Positions 13,162-26,800 of a stretch of 64,000 nt of DNA are shown here, piece by piece (within the stretch, counting starts at the first letter, position 1; each line of letters starts with the position of its first letter). Source of the stretch: Cyanophora paradoxa CCMP329 (taxonomy: Eukaryota; Plantae; Glaucophyta). The stretch is from positions 19,560-83,559 of the forward strand of contig QPMI01000631.1 in assembly GCA_004431415.1 (NCBI GenBank). The letters run 5' to 3'. The notes under the pieces are model-generated. The model had not been told where the DNA came from. It saw only the letters and a program-made list of their open reading frames with translations, and made no database searches. A program made the translations under genes and the position numbers.

Positions 13162-16100
13162 TTTTTTTTTTGGTGAATTACCGGCCACAGTCTCTAGACA
13201 CCAGCACTGCGGGGGCTGCCCAGGGGGCATAGAGACAAAAAAGCAAAATAACTAGCAGACCGCGCCCGGCCCAGTGCAAGTGCAGCAAGTGCGGGCCGCG
13301 CGCGGAGGTGCAAGGGGGGGTACTTGTACACATTGCAGGGTACTTGGGGGAGGGGGGGGGGGGGGCAGAGATCTAGAGGCAGGGCGGGCGGCCGGGCGAG
13401 GCGGCCGGGGTGGCGAGGCGGCCGGGTGGGGTGGCGAGGCGGACGGTTGGGGTGGCGAGGCGGGCGGATGGGGTGGCGAGGCGGGCGGCGGCACCAGGCT
13501 GGCGGGCAGGCGAGGGCGGCGGGGGGCGGGGAAGCGGGAGGACAGACAGGTGGCGCCGGGCCCTGCGCATAGCCTGCACATACGCAGAGCCGAGGCGTCA
13601 GCTCGCCCCGGACAGCGGCCGTGCGGGGGCGGGGCCCAGCGGGGGCGGCCGGGCCAGGTGCGCAGCAGCAGCGGCGGAGCGAACCTGGAGTCGACGACGC
13701 TGAGGCAGCCGGCAGGGCGGCGGGTGGGGAAGCGGGAGGACAGACAGGTTGCGCCGGGCCCTGCGCATAGCCTGCACATACGCAGAGCCGAGGCGTCAGC
13801 TCGCCCCAGACAGCGGCCGTGCGGGGGCGGGGCCCAGCGGGGGCGGCCGGGCCAGGTGCACAGCAGCAGCGGCGGAGCGAACCTGGAGTCGACGACGCTG
13901 AGGCAGCCGGCAGGGCGGCGGGCGGGGAAGCGGGCGGAGGGGCAGGTGGCGCCGGGCCCTGCGCATAGCCTGCACATACGCAGAGCCGAGGCGTCAGCTC
14001 GCCCCGGACAGCGGCCGTGCGGGGGCGGGGCCCAGCGGCGGCGGTCGGGTGAGATGCGCAGCAGCAGCCTGGCAGCGGCGGGGCGAACCTGGAGCCGACG
14101 AAGCTGAGGCAGCCGGCGGGGAAGCCGGCGGAGCGACAGGTGACCAGGCACTGCGCACAGCCTGCGCAGGGCCAAGGCGTCAGCTCGCGCCAGACAGCGG
14201 TGGCGGGGCCAAGCGGTGGCGGCAGGGTGAGGTGCGCAGCATTAGCGGCGCGCCGACCAGCGGCGGCGGCCGGGCGAGATGCACAGCAGCAGCGGCGGGG
14301 CGAACCTGGAGTCGACGAAGCTGAGGCAGCCGGCGGGGCGGCGGGCGCGGAAGCGGGCGGAGCGGCAGGTGGCGCCGGGCCCTGCGCATAGCATGCGCAG
14401 ATCTACAGCCGCGGCCGAGGCGCGCGTCAGCTCGCGGCGTGTCCTGGAGAGCAGCGCGAATACTTGCGAAGCCGTCATCATCTGCTACGGATCGCTGGCC
14501 GCGGGTCAACATACGCGCATGCATATGTGCGCGTGGCGCCGAGCTAGCGCGCTGGCCGTACTTGCTCACCGGCATGACAGCTCGTCGTAACTGAACTTGA
14601 GCTTGAACCGGCCGCGGAGTCCGTCAGAAACCGAGAGCGTAGGCGGCTCGAGGACGCAGCCGGAAGCGCACCGGAACGCGGCGTCGCTGGCGCCTTCATC
14701 CGTCCGCGCCCCCGGCGCGGACGTGGTCACACGCCCCCGGACGTGGTCACGGACGCTTCGGCTGCTTGAAGTGCTTCCCGCATCATTGCGATCAACATCG
14801 CTTGCTCTTATGCGCCATGGCGGCCTACGCTGTTGTACCCAGCATGCGGCGTCCATTCCCCCCTGCTCCATTCCCCCCAAGCGGCGTACGGGTACTGCAA
14901 CACGATTTCGGCGCCAAACTCTCAGGAGCGCTTTTTTCCGGCGCCCGGTACAACAGGTACTTGAGGCGGTCTAGCGCGCCGCACGCCGCTTCTCGAGCCC
15001 GGGCATGTATGACAAAGTTTGTAGAGCGCATCGAGAGCAATCATGAGCACGTGGTCCGGCGCGTATAGCAACAGCAGGTGAGGCGCGACCTCGACATGTT
15101 TGCGCAGCCCCGCCCCTGCATTTTTTTCCGCCGCTCGCAGCGGCTACGATGCGATCACACCTATACGAGAGCGCATGCAAAGAATCGCATCTTACAAAAA
15201 TTGCTAACACAGAAAGTACGCCGCACCAACTCACCAGGGGAGCAAGGGAGGGGGTACCCCCCCTTGCAACTAAGACAAGAGCACGAAGAAAGATAAGACA
15301 AAGAGCCAAAATCGACAATAAGAAAGGAAAGACACAGAGCTCGAGACAGATCGATTGCGAGAAGAGACGATAAATCGAGCAGATCTAGGGACAGAGGATA
15401 ACTGACACGAAGAAGAGCCAGAGCTAGAGGATAACTGACACGAAGAAGAGCCAGAGCTAGAGATACCATCAATATTAGAAGGAATTACATCACTAAGAAG
15501 CGGGGGACAAAATTGAGAAAGATAAATAACAGGAAGAAGACAAGTAAGAGGAACAACAAGACGACATGGAGGCGGAGGCGAAGCAGGACGATGCGAAAGG
15601 GCAGAGCTACGGCACGAGGTCGAGGAGGACACAGGAGGCGGAGCAGGCGGATCAAGAGCGTCTCATTTGGCCGCCACGCGTATATATACGTACCTAGGCC
15701 TGGGCACCCAGCGTGGTGCCGGTACGCTTTCCGTGCGCATGCTCAAGCACAGCGTTGAGATCGAAGATCATCGAGCATCGCGAGCCTCAAAAAAAAGAGT
15801 GCTGGGAGCTCCCCACTCCGATCCAGCTGCAGATCTAGAGGGGCCGGGGGCCGGGGCTCGCAATCGGGATACGCGGCCGGATCATGATCAGCGGCTTCAT
15901 ACGCGGCCGGATCCGGAGGCGACGGTTATTTTCAATTGCAAATGAATTTATATATATAATTAACTTAGAAAAATCGACGTCGACATGCAGAGGCTGTGTC
16001 TTTCCTTTCTTATTGTCGATTTTGGCTCTTTGTCTTATCTTTCTTCGTGCTCTTGTCTTAGTTATTTTGCTTTTTTGTCTCTATGCCCCCTGGGCAGCCC

Positions 16101-16193
16101 CCGCAGTGCTGGTGTCTAGAGACTGTGGCCGGTAATTCACCAAAAAAAAAAAATGCAGAGGCTGTGGCCGGTAATTCACCAAAAAAAAAAAAA
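13162..16193. mobile_element. Nested repeat: two inverted copies of an about 160-bp poly(A)-ended element, the left one split by a 2-kb insertion
   Basis: 15994-16153 is the reverse complement of 13162-13254 joined to 15268-15337. AACTA is duplicated at the break (13250-13254 and 15268-15272). An extra partial 3' copy lies at 16154-16193. Confidence 0.7.
13529..14400. repeat. Tandem repeat, 198-bp unit, about 4.5 progressively degenerate copies
   Basis: The unit starting GGGAAGCGGGAGGACAGACAGGT recurs at about 13529, 13727 and 13925, then degenerates. It is preceded by about 21-bp GGGGTGGCGAGGCGG repeats. Confidence 0.85.
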
Positions 16194-16335
16194 GACATGC
16201 ATGCACACCACCGGGGGGGGGGGGGGGGGGCTTCATCACGAGCGGGGTACTGAACTCTCGTTGTCTGGCGACAGTGCCGCGCGGCACGTATACGTATGCC
16301 GCGACTGTAGCGTGCAGCACGTGAGCGAGATATCG

Positions 16336-19300
16336 ATGACTATGCCGGTGGAGCTCGAAGCGCTCCTTTCGCCGTGCCCGATTGGCGAGGACGGCGCGCT
16401 CGCGGAGTCCGATCCCGCGCATCCTTTCGACGTGCGCGTCGTGGCGGCCGTGTGCGAAGGCGATCCGGGCGAGCCCGCCACGCCTGCGCACCGCGCGGTG
16501 CTCGCCGGCCGCAGCGCCTACTTCCGGGCCATGCTGGGCGGCGGCTGGCGCGAGTCATCGGGCGCCGGGGATGTCCGCGTGTGCGGCTGGAGCCCCGCCG
16601 CCCTCCGCGCCGTCGTCCGCTGGGCGTACGCGGGCGACCCGGGCGCGCTCCCCGCCGGGGCCGACGAGCTGGCCGAACTCTGCCGCGCCGAGGACTTCTT
16701 CGGCCTGCCGGGCTTCACCGAGGCGCTGGAGGCGCGGGCGCTCCGCTCCACGCCGCCCGCCGCCGCGTGCCGCCTCTGGCGCACCGCGGAGGACGCGGGG
16801 CACGAGGCGGTGGCGGGCCTGGCGCGCCGCGCCCTCCTGCGCGCCGCCGACGAGGCGCCGGGCTGCGCCGCGCTCGGCGCGCTCCCCGCCCGCCTCGCCG
16901 CCTCCGTCCTCTCCGACCCCTCCGCCCGCCTCCCCTCCGAGGCCGCCGCCGCCCGCCTCGCCGCCCGCTGGCGCGTCCTCTAATTTCCCGTACGCTTCGT
17001 CGCCCTTTTATCTGACTCGGTACCCCTCCGCAGGTGCCTCGCGGCGCCCCCCGACGTTCGCGCGGCAGGGGCCGCCCTCCTCTGGCCCGCTGTTCGCGTA
17101 CCCCTCCTCTCCCCCGCGGACCTCGCCGGTACCCCCTCCCCTCCCGCGAGCACCCCGCGGCGCCCCTTGCAGCTGCGTCCAACTCATGTACCCGCCGTCT
17201 TTCAGACTGCGACATCTCGAGGGGTCTACCCCCCGCCACCCTCGCCTCCGCCCTTTCCGCCCTCCGCCGGGCCACGAACGCGGTCGCCGCGGATTCCGTA
17301 ACACCCTTCGCTTCCAACCCCCGCCTCGGCCCCTCCTCCGAGGTCCGAGGGCGACCCATGCGCCGGGGTACCACAAGCTCGCCTCACTTTCGGCGCAGTC
17401 GTACAGCCTCAGGGGCCTCCGGCACGTCCCGGGCCCCGCCCTCGCGTCCCTCTTCGAATCCGGGCGGGACCGCTTGCCTTCGCTGACCGAGGTGGGTTCG
17501 AGCGAGCCCGCCCGACCGCCCCCGCGTCGCCCGCTCACGTATCCCCCCCCCCCCCCCCCGCCTCCAGCTGGATCTGTCCGGGTACCCCTCGTCCCTCCCG
17601 CAGTCTATCGGCCCTAGCTCGAGACCCGCCTTCCTCAGCTGCGCGCTGCTGGACGGGGAATCGCTGGTCGCGATCTGCGGCGCCCTCGCCCGCCGGGCCG
17701 CTCCGCTCCGCCGCCTCGACCTCTCCGGGTGCCCCCAGGTGCGCGTACCCCTCCCCAATCGCGTACCCCCCAGCCCGGCTCCTTCGACCTTCCAACGCAG
17801 CTCCACGCGGCGGCCATCGGGCACGCGCTCCTCAGCCTCTCCTCCCTCCAGGCTCGCCCGCCCGCCCGCCCGCCCGCCCGCCCGCCTGATTCGATCCGCG
17901 CTCGCCTGATTTGATCTGATTCGGCCGCTTCGCCCCGCCCCGCAGGACCTCGCGATAGACGACTGCCCCATCGCCGCGTGCGCTCATCTGATCTGATCCG
18001 TCTGATCTGAGCTGAACTGATCTGATCTAATCGCAGGCCCCTCCTCTCCCCCTACGAGCGTCGCCGCGGGTCCCTCCTCCGCCTCTCCGCCCGCCGCGCC
18101 GACGTACCCCCCAAGGCGGCCGCCAAGCGCCCCCTGGTCCGCTCCGCTGGGTACCGCGATTTCTCCCCCTCCCCCGGCCTTCGACTGGGGGTACCGCGAA
18201 GGTGGCGGGCCTCCTCTCGGCCGCTGGTACCCGTCTGGCCGCGCTCGACCTCCGGGAGTGGCGTACCCCCCTCCTGGAGGAAGACGCGGCGGCCCTTGCG
18301 GAGCGCCTTCGATCGGGTACCCTCCGCGAGCTCGACCTCTCCGGGGTACCCTGTACCCCTCTTCCCCTTTCACCTTCCCCCTCCCCGCCTCTGACCGGGG
18401 GTACAGGCCTGGCATGAGCAGACGGAGGCGGATCCAGGGGGGGATGCGGCCGGGGGGGCGGCGGCGGCCGCTGCCCCTTTATGTGCGGGCCTGCGGGGCG
18501 CCCCCTCTCTGACCACCCTCCGCCTCGGCCACTGCCCCTTCGTCTCCGATGACCTGGCGCGCCCCGTACCCCCCCGCTTCTTCCCCCCCTCCCCGCACGC
18601 CCTCCGGCGCTCACGCGCCCCTCCGTCCGCAGGTCCGCGCGGCGCTGCGCGCATCCCCCCTGCGCGAGCTGTCCCTGCGGGGTACGCCGATCTCCGACGC
18701 GGCGTTCGCGGACGCACCCCCGTCCTCGCTCTCGGGCCTCGAGGCGCTCGACCTCCGCGAGACGGGCATCGAGGGGTGCATCCTTTCCCTGTACCCCCCT
18801 TCGCCCGCGTCGCTTTTCCGAGTACCCCCCGCCGCCGCGCAGGACCACGTGGCTCCCCGGGTGCCGCTCCCTTCGGAGCCTGAACGTGCGCGGCTGCAGA
18901 GGCTTCAGGCCGCCCGGTCCCTCCTGGCCAGGAGACGCCAGCCCCCTCCTCGAGGAGCTCAAGGCCGGCTGGGGCATCTCCGACGTGCACCTGTGCGTCC
19001 GAAAGAACGCCGTACCCCCCCCCCCGCTCGCTCGTCCATCTCGTGATTCAAATCGGCGCCCGGCGGGCAGGGCGAGCGCGCCGCCGCTGCGGGCGCTCTC
19101 CCTGGGGCTGGGTACGAGCGCGACGGACTCGGGACTCGTACCCCTCGTCCGCCGCTCGGGGCGCCGCCTCCGCGCCCTCCGCCTGTGCCCTTCCCCCCCC
19201 CCCCCCCCACCACCCCCCCACACCCCACACCCCTTTCCCCCCCCTAAACAGCTTCGCAGGTCGTTCGCGCGGCTCAGCGGCCGCGGCCTGCGGGCGGTGG

Positions 19301-21290
19301 TCGATGCCTGCCCTGAGCTCGAGGCGCGCTATGCATCTTTCTTTGGCGCGCGTGCCTGACCGCTTCTCGACCCCATACTTCGCCGGGCAGATCCTGAGCG
19401 TCGAGTGCAACCTGGATGAGCTGGGCGACCGTTCACCCGACCGTTCAAGCAGCGAAGGCGAGGAGGAACAGACGGAGGGGGAGGAGGGGGGAAGGAAAGG
19501 GGAGGATGTGGCGGAGGGGCCCCGCCCGCACGCCCTCGCCCCCCTCCTAGGGGAGGGGGGTACCGGTGCATTGCGCGCCCTCCGGCTCGACTGCGGACGG
19601 TGGCGCGGCTTCTGCCGAGGCCTCCCCGCCTCCTGGGTACGCCTTTTCCATCTATTCGCGCTCGCCCTTCACCCCTCTACTAAAGCGTACCCGGGCAGCT
19701 CTCGGGCCTGCGGTCGCTGCGCCTCTTCCAGTGCCGGGACCTGACCGACGAGCACCTCAGGTGATCCTGAGCTCAGTTCGCCCTCTGCGGTCTTATCTGA
19801 GCGCTGTTCGCTCCCCATCCGCCGTTCGCAGGCCCGCCGGGCCCGCCCCCCTCCTCCCCCTGGAGGTGCCCCCCGCCCTTCCCCCGCCCCCGGCCCGCGC
19901 GTGCCTCTCCCTCGAGACATTAGATCGCGCTCCCGATCTCACACTCAAACCGCGGATCTCGCGCCTAAGACAACATCAGCTTCAGCTAAATTTTAAGCCT
20001 TAAGTCATCCAAGCTAATGCTCCCCCCCCCTCCCCCCCCCCCCCTCTCCCCCCGCCCTCCCCCGCACCCGGCCCGCGCACGCCCCTCCCTAAGCCTTCGC
20101 GTACGCCCACGTACGACTTCAGCTGAAGCCTTAAGCCTTGGCCGACATCCGATCTCGCGCTCAGATCAGATCAGATCTGATCTGATCCGATCCCGCCTCG
20201 CCTCGCCCCAGGAGCTCTCTGTGGAGGAGTGCCGGGGCGTGTCGGGGGCCGCTCTTCTCGCCCTCGCCGCCGCCTGCCCCGCCCTCCGGTGCGCGGGCGA
20301 GGGCGTTCCAGGGGCGTCGACGGCAGATGCCCGCAAACCAAACTCAGAGCCGCGGCCCGCGTGTGCACGCGTACATATCTAGGCTCCTGCGCGGCCTACG
20401 CCGCCTTCACTTCCTCTCTACGCCCCCAGTCAGCGAGAGCGCAGCGCGTTGAACGAACCCTGTGACATAGATACTCCACCAACATACCTACAATCTAGAC
20501 TTGGCCCGGCCCGCCCCCGCTTAAGCTTAAGCTTAAGCTGATGTTGTCGTACTCCGCGCGGCGCCGGCACGGCAGGTCGCTGCGGGCGGCGCACCTGGGG
20601 CCTACCGGCGTCCCCGCCTCCTTCCTCGAGGACCTCGCCGCCCTCTGCCCCGCCCTCCGCTCCGCCCTCGTCGACCGGTGCGCCAGCTTCAAGGCTTGGC
20701 CTCATGATGGGCGATAATAAGAGGTCATAACAAATCCGGTTGCTACTTGAACTAAGAAACACGTTAAGCCAACAATTAGGCTGTTAGGAAACGGCTTGCC
20801 CTGCCGCCCTCTGCCCCGCCCTCCGCTCCGCCCTCGTCGACCGGTGCGCCAGCTCGAGCTTAGATTGCGCCTTGAGCTTAAGCTCAACTTAGCTTGATTA
20901 GCTACAAAGGATGATTGGATTTAGCTTAAATCAGCTTAAGATTTAGCTTGATTGGCTTAAAATGATGATCGGCCCCGCCCTCCGTGCCGCCCCCGTCGAC
21001 CGGTGCGCGCGCTTAAGCTTGGATTGATGATGATGATGCGTCGATTTAAATTAGCGCGCGCTTAAGCTTAAATTAGTTTAAGCTTAAGCTCAGCGGTGCG
21101 TCGATCGATGATGATGATGATATTTGGGATCAGGTGCGATCTGGTGGAGGGGGGGATCCGCGCCCCGGCGGCGCGCCCCGGCCCCGGCCCCCGCCCCCGC
21201 CTCCTGCTCAACGCGTGCCGCCGGACGGAGCACCTCACAATCCGGTGCGCCGTCAGCAGGGGCGACCCCGTGGACATGTGCGCGCAGTAG
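16336..21290 (+). CDS. BTB/POZ-domain protein with leucine-rich repeats (multi-exon)
   Basis: BTB motif FDVRVV...PAHRAVLAGRSAYFRAML...AALRAVVRWAY. LRR exons include LRRLDLSGCPQ, LRELSLRGTPISD, LRALSLGL, LRALRLDCG and ELSVEECRGVSGAALLALAAACPAL. Last exon ends VDMCAQ-stop. Confidence 0.8.
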
Positions 21291-22141
21291 TCGGCCGTAG
21301 ATCATAGTTGGCGCAATAGTAGATCTCTATAGCTAGTTATAGTAGTTGCATGCCGCAGTGCAGTGCAGCCTCAATAACCTCCAATTTGCAATTGCAATTG
21401 CAAGACAAGAGAGAGGGCCCGGCCGCGGGTGATTTCTGAGGGCCCGGAGACAAGACAAGATCTAGACAAGTTAATTTGAGGTGCTCTGCTGCAGCTGCAG
21501 CTGGTCGATCGCGAGCTCGTCTTAATGTTTGGATACGTGTGCGAATCATTCATTATTCGAATTCTAGATCTCCCAATCAATCTCGATCTCGCACTTCATA
21601 CATGCGCGCATGCATATGCATGCATCATGGGCATACGAGTCTTTCGTTAAACGAATTATCAGCGCAAGGACTCCGAGGCTCGTTAGGGCTTTTAAAATGT
21701 ATATATGGTCACGTGATACGGCCTAGAAGGCTAGCTAGCTCTCGCTAGGGCAGCCGTCACAGCCCGCACGTGCACGTCACGGCGTGCTGCCGATTCGAAT
21801 TCCGGAGTCCCGGTCGACTCCCGGATCGGGACTCGAGCTCGGTTCTCGAGCTCGGATTCGGAGCCGGGCCGCGGGGGCCCGGGGGTCTAGATCTCGGCTA
21901 TGCATGCAAATGTGCGAATTCGAATTCAGCGTTCATGATCAATCGCAGTTGTGTACGTACATTAAGCGTACGTTTACGACTCCCGGGCCCGGGCCCCCAG
22001 CGCCCCCCTGCAGCTGCCCGATGATGGCCCCCGGCTCGAGCGAAGGTCGCGCGGGGTCGGATTTATATACGCTCGAATCCTATAGCTAATTATAATTATG
22101 ACTTTGTAGTAAGGGCGCTATCTCTAGATCCAGCTCAGATC

Positions 22142-23779
22142 TCATGTGAGCTCAGCGCTGGCCTCTGCATGCGCATCTGCAGCCGGGCGCCTGGATCTCA
22201 GATCAGATCTGAGCTCGAGGTCGGACCCGAGCCGGGCCGAAGTTCGGTACGTGTACGCGGAGGCGGACACGGCGGGGTCGACAGAGTCCGGCAGGCCCCT
22301 GCACACAGACGAAAGTAGTTCAGTTAAGGTTAAATGTTTTGGATCCCGGAGCTCTATTCGACCTCGAGCTCGCAAGATTTATAATTACGTGTACGGATCG
22401 GTGTTTAGAGTCGAGGCTCGCGGTGCATTAAAATTTATATATGAAGCGAGGGGGTGCCCGCGGGCGGCGTGGGAGCGGGGCGCGCCTGTGCCGGCCGAGG
22501 AGCATGAGGAGGGACACCGAGACCTGTGCGTGGACACGTGCGAACGAACCCTTAGTTAACGGGCCAAGCAAAGGCGGGCGGGCGAGCGGCGGGTGATTGA
22601 TATTTGCAATTGCGCCCGGGTGCCGGCCGCTCGAAATTCGAGGAGGCCTAGGCCGTCAGCACTAGCTGCAGCGGGCAAGGGCGAGCGAACCCTGGAGACG
22701 GGGCTGCGAACGAAAAGACAACAACGAGTCAGCTCGCGGGGCCAACGAGACAACGGGGGATTGCTTTCCAAGGCCTAGATTCAATTTAGGGCCTAGGCCT
22801 AGGCCCGCCCAGCTATAAATAGGTCCAGTCTAATCTCGCCCCCTGCGGCGAACCTGAAGGCGGCGGAGAGAGAGGCGGGGCGGGGCTCGAGAGAAGAAGG
22901 TGGCGGCAGAGTTGAGCCTAGTACTGGGCTGTGCCCTGTCGGGCAAGCAAGCAAGCCTTGCACTCGCACGCGCGGCTTGCTTCCTAGGCCTACCATTAAT
23001 TTAGGTCTAGCACGAGTATATTTTCCCTAGGAGGAGGTATCTAGGAGGCCAGGCATAATCACCCTAGACGTACCTGAAGGCGGCGGAGAGGGAGGCGGGG
23101 CTCCCCGGGGCCCCCATCGAGAACCCGATGTTCCCTGCGAACGAAGCGGGCGAGGCGCACGCGGACGCGGATCGCAGTGAGCTAGCGGGGGTACGCGACG
23201 TCCTCGGGGGGAGGGGGGTACGCATGAGTGCGCCGCCAGGCGCACCGTACGCCGACACCGCCTCGAAGATGACCTGCGGGGGGGGGGGGGGGGGGGGGGT
23301 AGGTTAAGGATGGAGTGGAGGGCTCGGGCCGGGCCGGGCCGGGGGGCGATGGCGGCGCGTGCCGCGAGACTCTAACCCGAGTGCGTGGGGGCGGCGCACG
23401 TCGAGGACGTCGTACCCCTGCGGATTCCGAAGGGATGGCCCCTCGGCGATGCAGATCTGGGGAGGCTCCCTGAAGGAGACAGCGCGGGGGGGGGGGGGGG
23501 GGGGGGGGGCGTGGGGCGGGGTACCACGATTATCCCAAGCCAGATCCATGCGATGTCGCGCGTGACCATGTACTGGGAGGGGGTAGGGCATTACTAAAGA
23601 AATAAAGAAGAACTGAAACAGGGGGGAGAAGGAAGATGGGGGTACCTGGAGGTGCTTTGTGGCCGCAGCGGCGCCCCCCAGGGGCCCGGGAGCGGGGTCG
23701 GGGGTCGGGGGCTCGCCAGGAGGGGGTACCACCAGCGAGCGTCGCCGGACGAGTTCCGTTGCGAACGAAGCCTGCTCGG

Positions 23780-23813
<34 letters not shown>

Positions 23814-26800
23814 CGAAAGGCGAAGGGCGCGGGCGCGGCGGGGGGTACGCCACCCACGCACCAGAGAGGCGCTGCGGTGCAGGCGGGCGCGCGAGGGGAC
23901 GGACCCCGATCGGCCGGGGGCCGAGGGCGGCTCCTCCCCCGGGAAGGCCGGCGCGGCCGGTAACCCCCTCGCGGAGGCGCCGGTACCCCCCTCGAGCTCC
24001 CGGGCCTCTTTGGCGGCCTCGGCGTCCCGCACAGCGCCCGAGAAGCGAAGGGAGAGGCTGAGGGGGCGCCGGACGCTTAGAGAGGGGGGGGGGGAAGGGG
24101 GGGGGCGGAAAGGGAGGGATAGGGGTACGCGCACATGAAAGGAAAGGGGGCAAGGTACATCATGAGGATGATGACTGGCCCATGGGTTCGGGTCGGGCGA
24201 GCGACATTCAAAGTCACTCAACGTTAAGGGGGCGGGGCGGGGAGGGGGGTACCGAGCCAGAGGGCGGGGCTCATGGCGGCTGCGGAAGGGGCGAGTACCC
24301 TGTCAGCTACTGAAGCGAGCCGAGCCGTGTCGGGACTTCGCGGCCGGGGCTAGCTGCTGGGCCGGGGCGGGGCGGGCCGATGCTGATGTACCCAGGCGGG
24401 GGCGGGGCTCCGGGCTGCCCGCGAAGCCTAAGCCCGCGTGGCCTTTCTGGACCGATTTCGTGGGCTTAGACTAAGCTTAGGGGCGGGGCGGGCCGATGCT
24501 AGAGCTACAGATCTAGCCTAGATCGATATCTAGCTATAGATGCTAGATCTAGCGGGAGTGCGGCACCGATGCTGAGGGTTGTGAAGCCGGCGTAGCGCGT
24601 CGTGACCGCCATGAAGAAGGCGTTCAGCAGCTGCGCGGGGGGGTGGGGGGGGGGGGCGGTGTCAGCGCGGAGAGGATGGGGGCCAGGAGAGGGCCGGAGA
24701 GAGTCCAGCAAAGGAAGGGCGGCCTTAAGGGCTGGCGGCCTCGAGAGGGAGGCCGCTGTCAGCGCGGAGAGGATGCGAGCCAGGAGGAAGGGCGGCCTTA
24801 AGGGCGCCTTCTGGCCCGGGGCGGGCCGCGGCCAGCCTGAGAGCCAGCCAGCCGGGCCGGGAGCAGGGGAGGGGGGTGGGAGGGGGGGGGGGGGGGGGGG
24901 GGGGGCGCCTTGGCGCTGAGGGAGCCAAGCTCGTCGTACACGGGCTCATCCAAGTCCAGCGCCGCCGTCAGTACCCTGCGGGGCAGGCCGCGTAGGTGAG
25001 GAGGTGCACGTGAGGGGAGGGCGAGGGCGGCGGGATTGGGCGAGGGCGGCGGATCCGGAGATCAAGATCTAGAGCTCTTGCTATATATATACATTCTCTT
25101 GCAGATACCGCGGCATCGGATAGCGGTGGAGAGCACCGGGGGCGGGCATAGACCATATCTCGAGGCTTTTTTCCCATATTGAAGCCTGCACTAGCCAACA
25201 AGCCGTGTTCATAGACTTAGAGAGCCTTTGTTGTTCCTGTGCTCGCGCTCGCGATCATCGGAGCGCGCATGTGAAGAGCTCTTAGGGCGGGGGCACCCTA
25301 TCCTCGAGCTCTTGGGATTGTTTGTTTGTTCGAACTCTAAGCGGGGCGGGCGCGCATGTGAACGGCGAAGAGGGCGGCGAGAGAGCGTGGCGCGGGTCTA
25401 TAGCTAGTCGGCCAGATACAAGCCTGTGTTCCTATATGTATCGTTAGAACCTTGCGGACGGCGAGAGAAGTGCTTTAGGCCTAGGGCGGCGTGCGAACGG
25501 TGGGCGCGCATGTGGACGGTGAAGAGGGTGAAGACGGCCGCGAGCAGCGCCAGCGTCGGGCCCTTCCTGTCCCGGAGGCGGCGGCCGCGCCTCCGGTAAG
25601 ACGACGCGGGGCGGGAGGCGGGGCGGGGCGGGGCGGGGCGGGGCGGCCTATCTATGACTGGGCGGGGCCCAGCCTAGTAGGGAATCCCCTCTCCCTCCTC
25701 CCCTTCTAGAGGACCCGAGCGGGGCGGGCCCGGGGCGGGGCGGGGCGGGGCGGGGCGGGGGCGGCCTTTGCGCGCCGGAAGAGGTGCGTCGTGCAGCGGC
25801 GCGGGTGCCTGGAGGCGGCGGAGCGAAGCGATCAGTCAGTCAGTCCCCGTACCAGGACCTCTGATAAAAGCCAGGACCAGGACCGTAACGGCCCGCAACG
25901 GGCTCGCTCGCCTGCGTGCGGCGGCGGTAGCGTCAGTTACGTTAGAGATCTCCTAGAGCCTGCCAGCCAGCCGGGGCTCAAGGGTGGTCCCACGGGCCCA
26001 AGGGCCGCCGGCTTCGCCGTTCACCTGATGAGGTAGAGGAACGGTAGCTTTGCCGGGCCCGGCGCCACGCGGTGCGCCGCCCGCACCTGGCGGGGGCGTG
26101 GGGGGTACGCGTTCAGTGCGTGGCTAAAGGGGCGAAGAGGCTCAAGGGCGGACCAGCACGAAAAGGCCGACCGGCAGCCTGCGGCAGGGTCGGGAGGGGA
26201 GGGGGAGGGGGGAGGAGCCGGGGGGGGAGGGGGGGGTACGGCGCACAGCTGGCCGCCCAGGAGGCTAAGGAAGGCCGTGAACAGGAGAACGAAGCGGTCG
26301 TGCTGGGGTTTCGGGTACAGGACGTGAAGGAGAATCTTGGGGGGGGGGGGGGGTGGTGTTAGAAGAGCCGGGGTACGCCGCACCCGGAACTGGGCCATGC
26401 TGTCCGGCAGGGGGCTCAGCCCAGCTGCGTAGAAGGACGACGCGGCGTGGAAGAAGGAAAACCTGCGGAACTCGAATTTTCTCTTCCGGGGGGGGGGGGG
26501 GGGGGAATTGGGGGGGGGTACGGCGACGCGCCACCAGGGGTTCACGTTTGCCTCGCCGAGGGCACGGCGGGCGTTAGATTCGAGGTTGAAGTAGGGAACG
26601 AAAGCCAGCAGGGCGATTGACTGGGGGGTACGGCGCGTTGAGGGGTTACGCCGAGGACGAAGGCGGGGGCGGGGTTGAGGGGGGTACCAGCCAGGTGACG
26701 AAGTACCCCACGATGAGAGCCTGCAGCCTCCGGAGCGCGTGGTACTCCACCAGATCTGAGGAGGGGGTAACTTGTTTCGAGGAGGGGGTACGCGGGCATT

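Noticed and set aside
13252-14175. 277-307 aa ORFs over the 198-bp repeat as real proteins
   Set aside because: Open on both strands only because a stop-poor GC-rich unit of length 3n is repeated; no recognisable domain.
13407-14400. CRISPR array
   Set aside because: Units are contiguous tandem copies without unique spacers; no cas genes; eukaryotic context.
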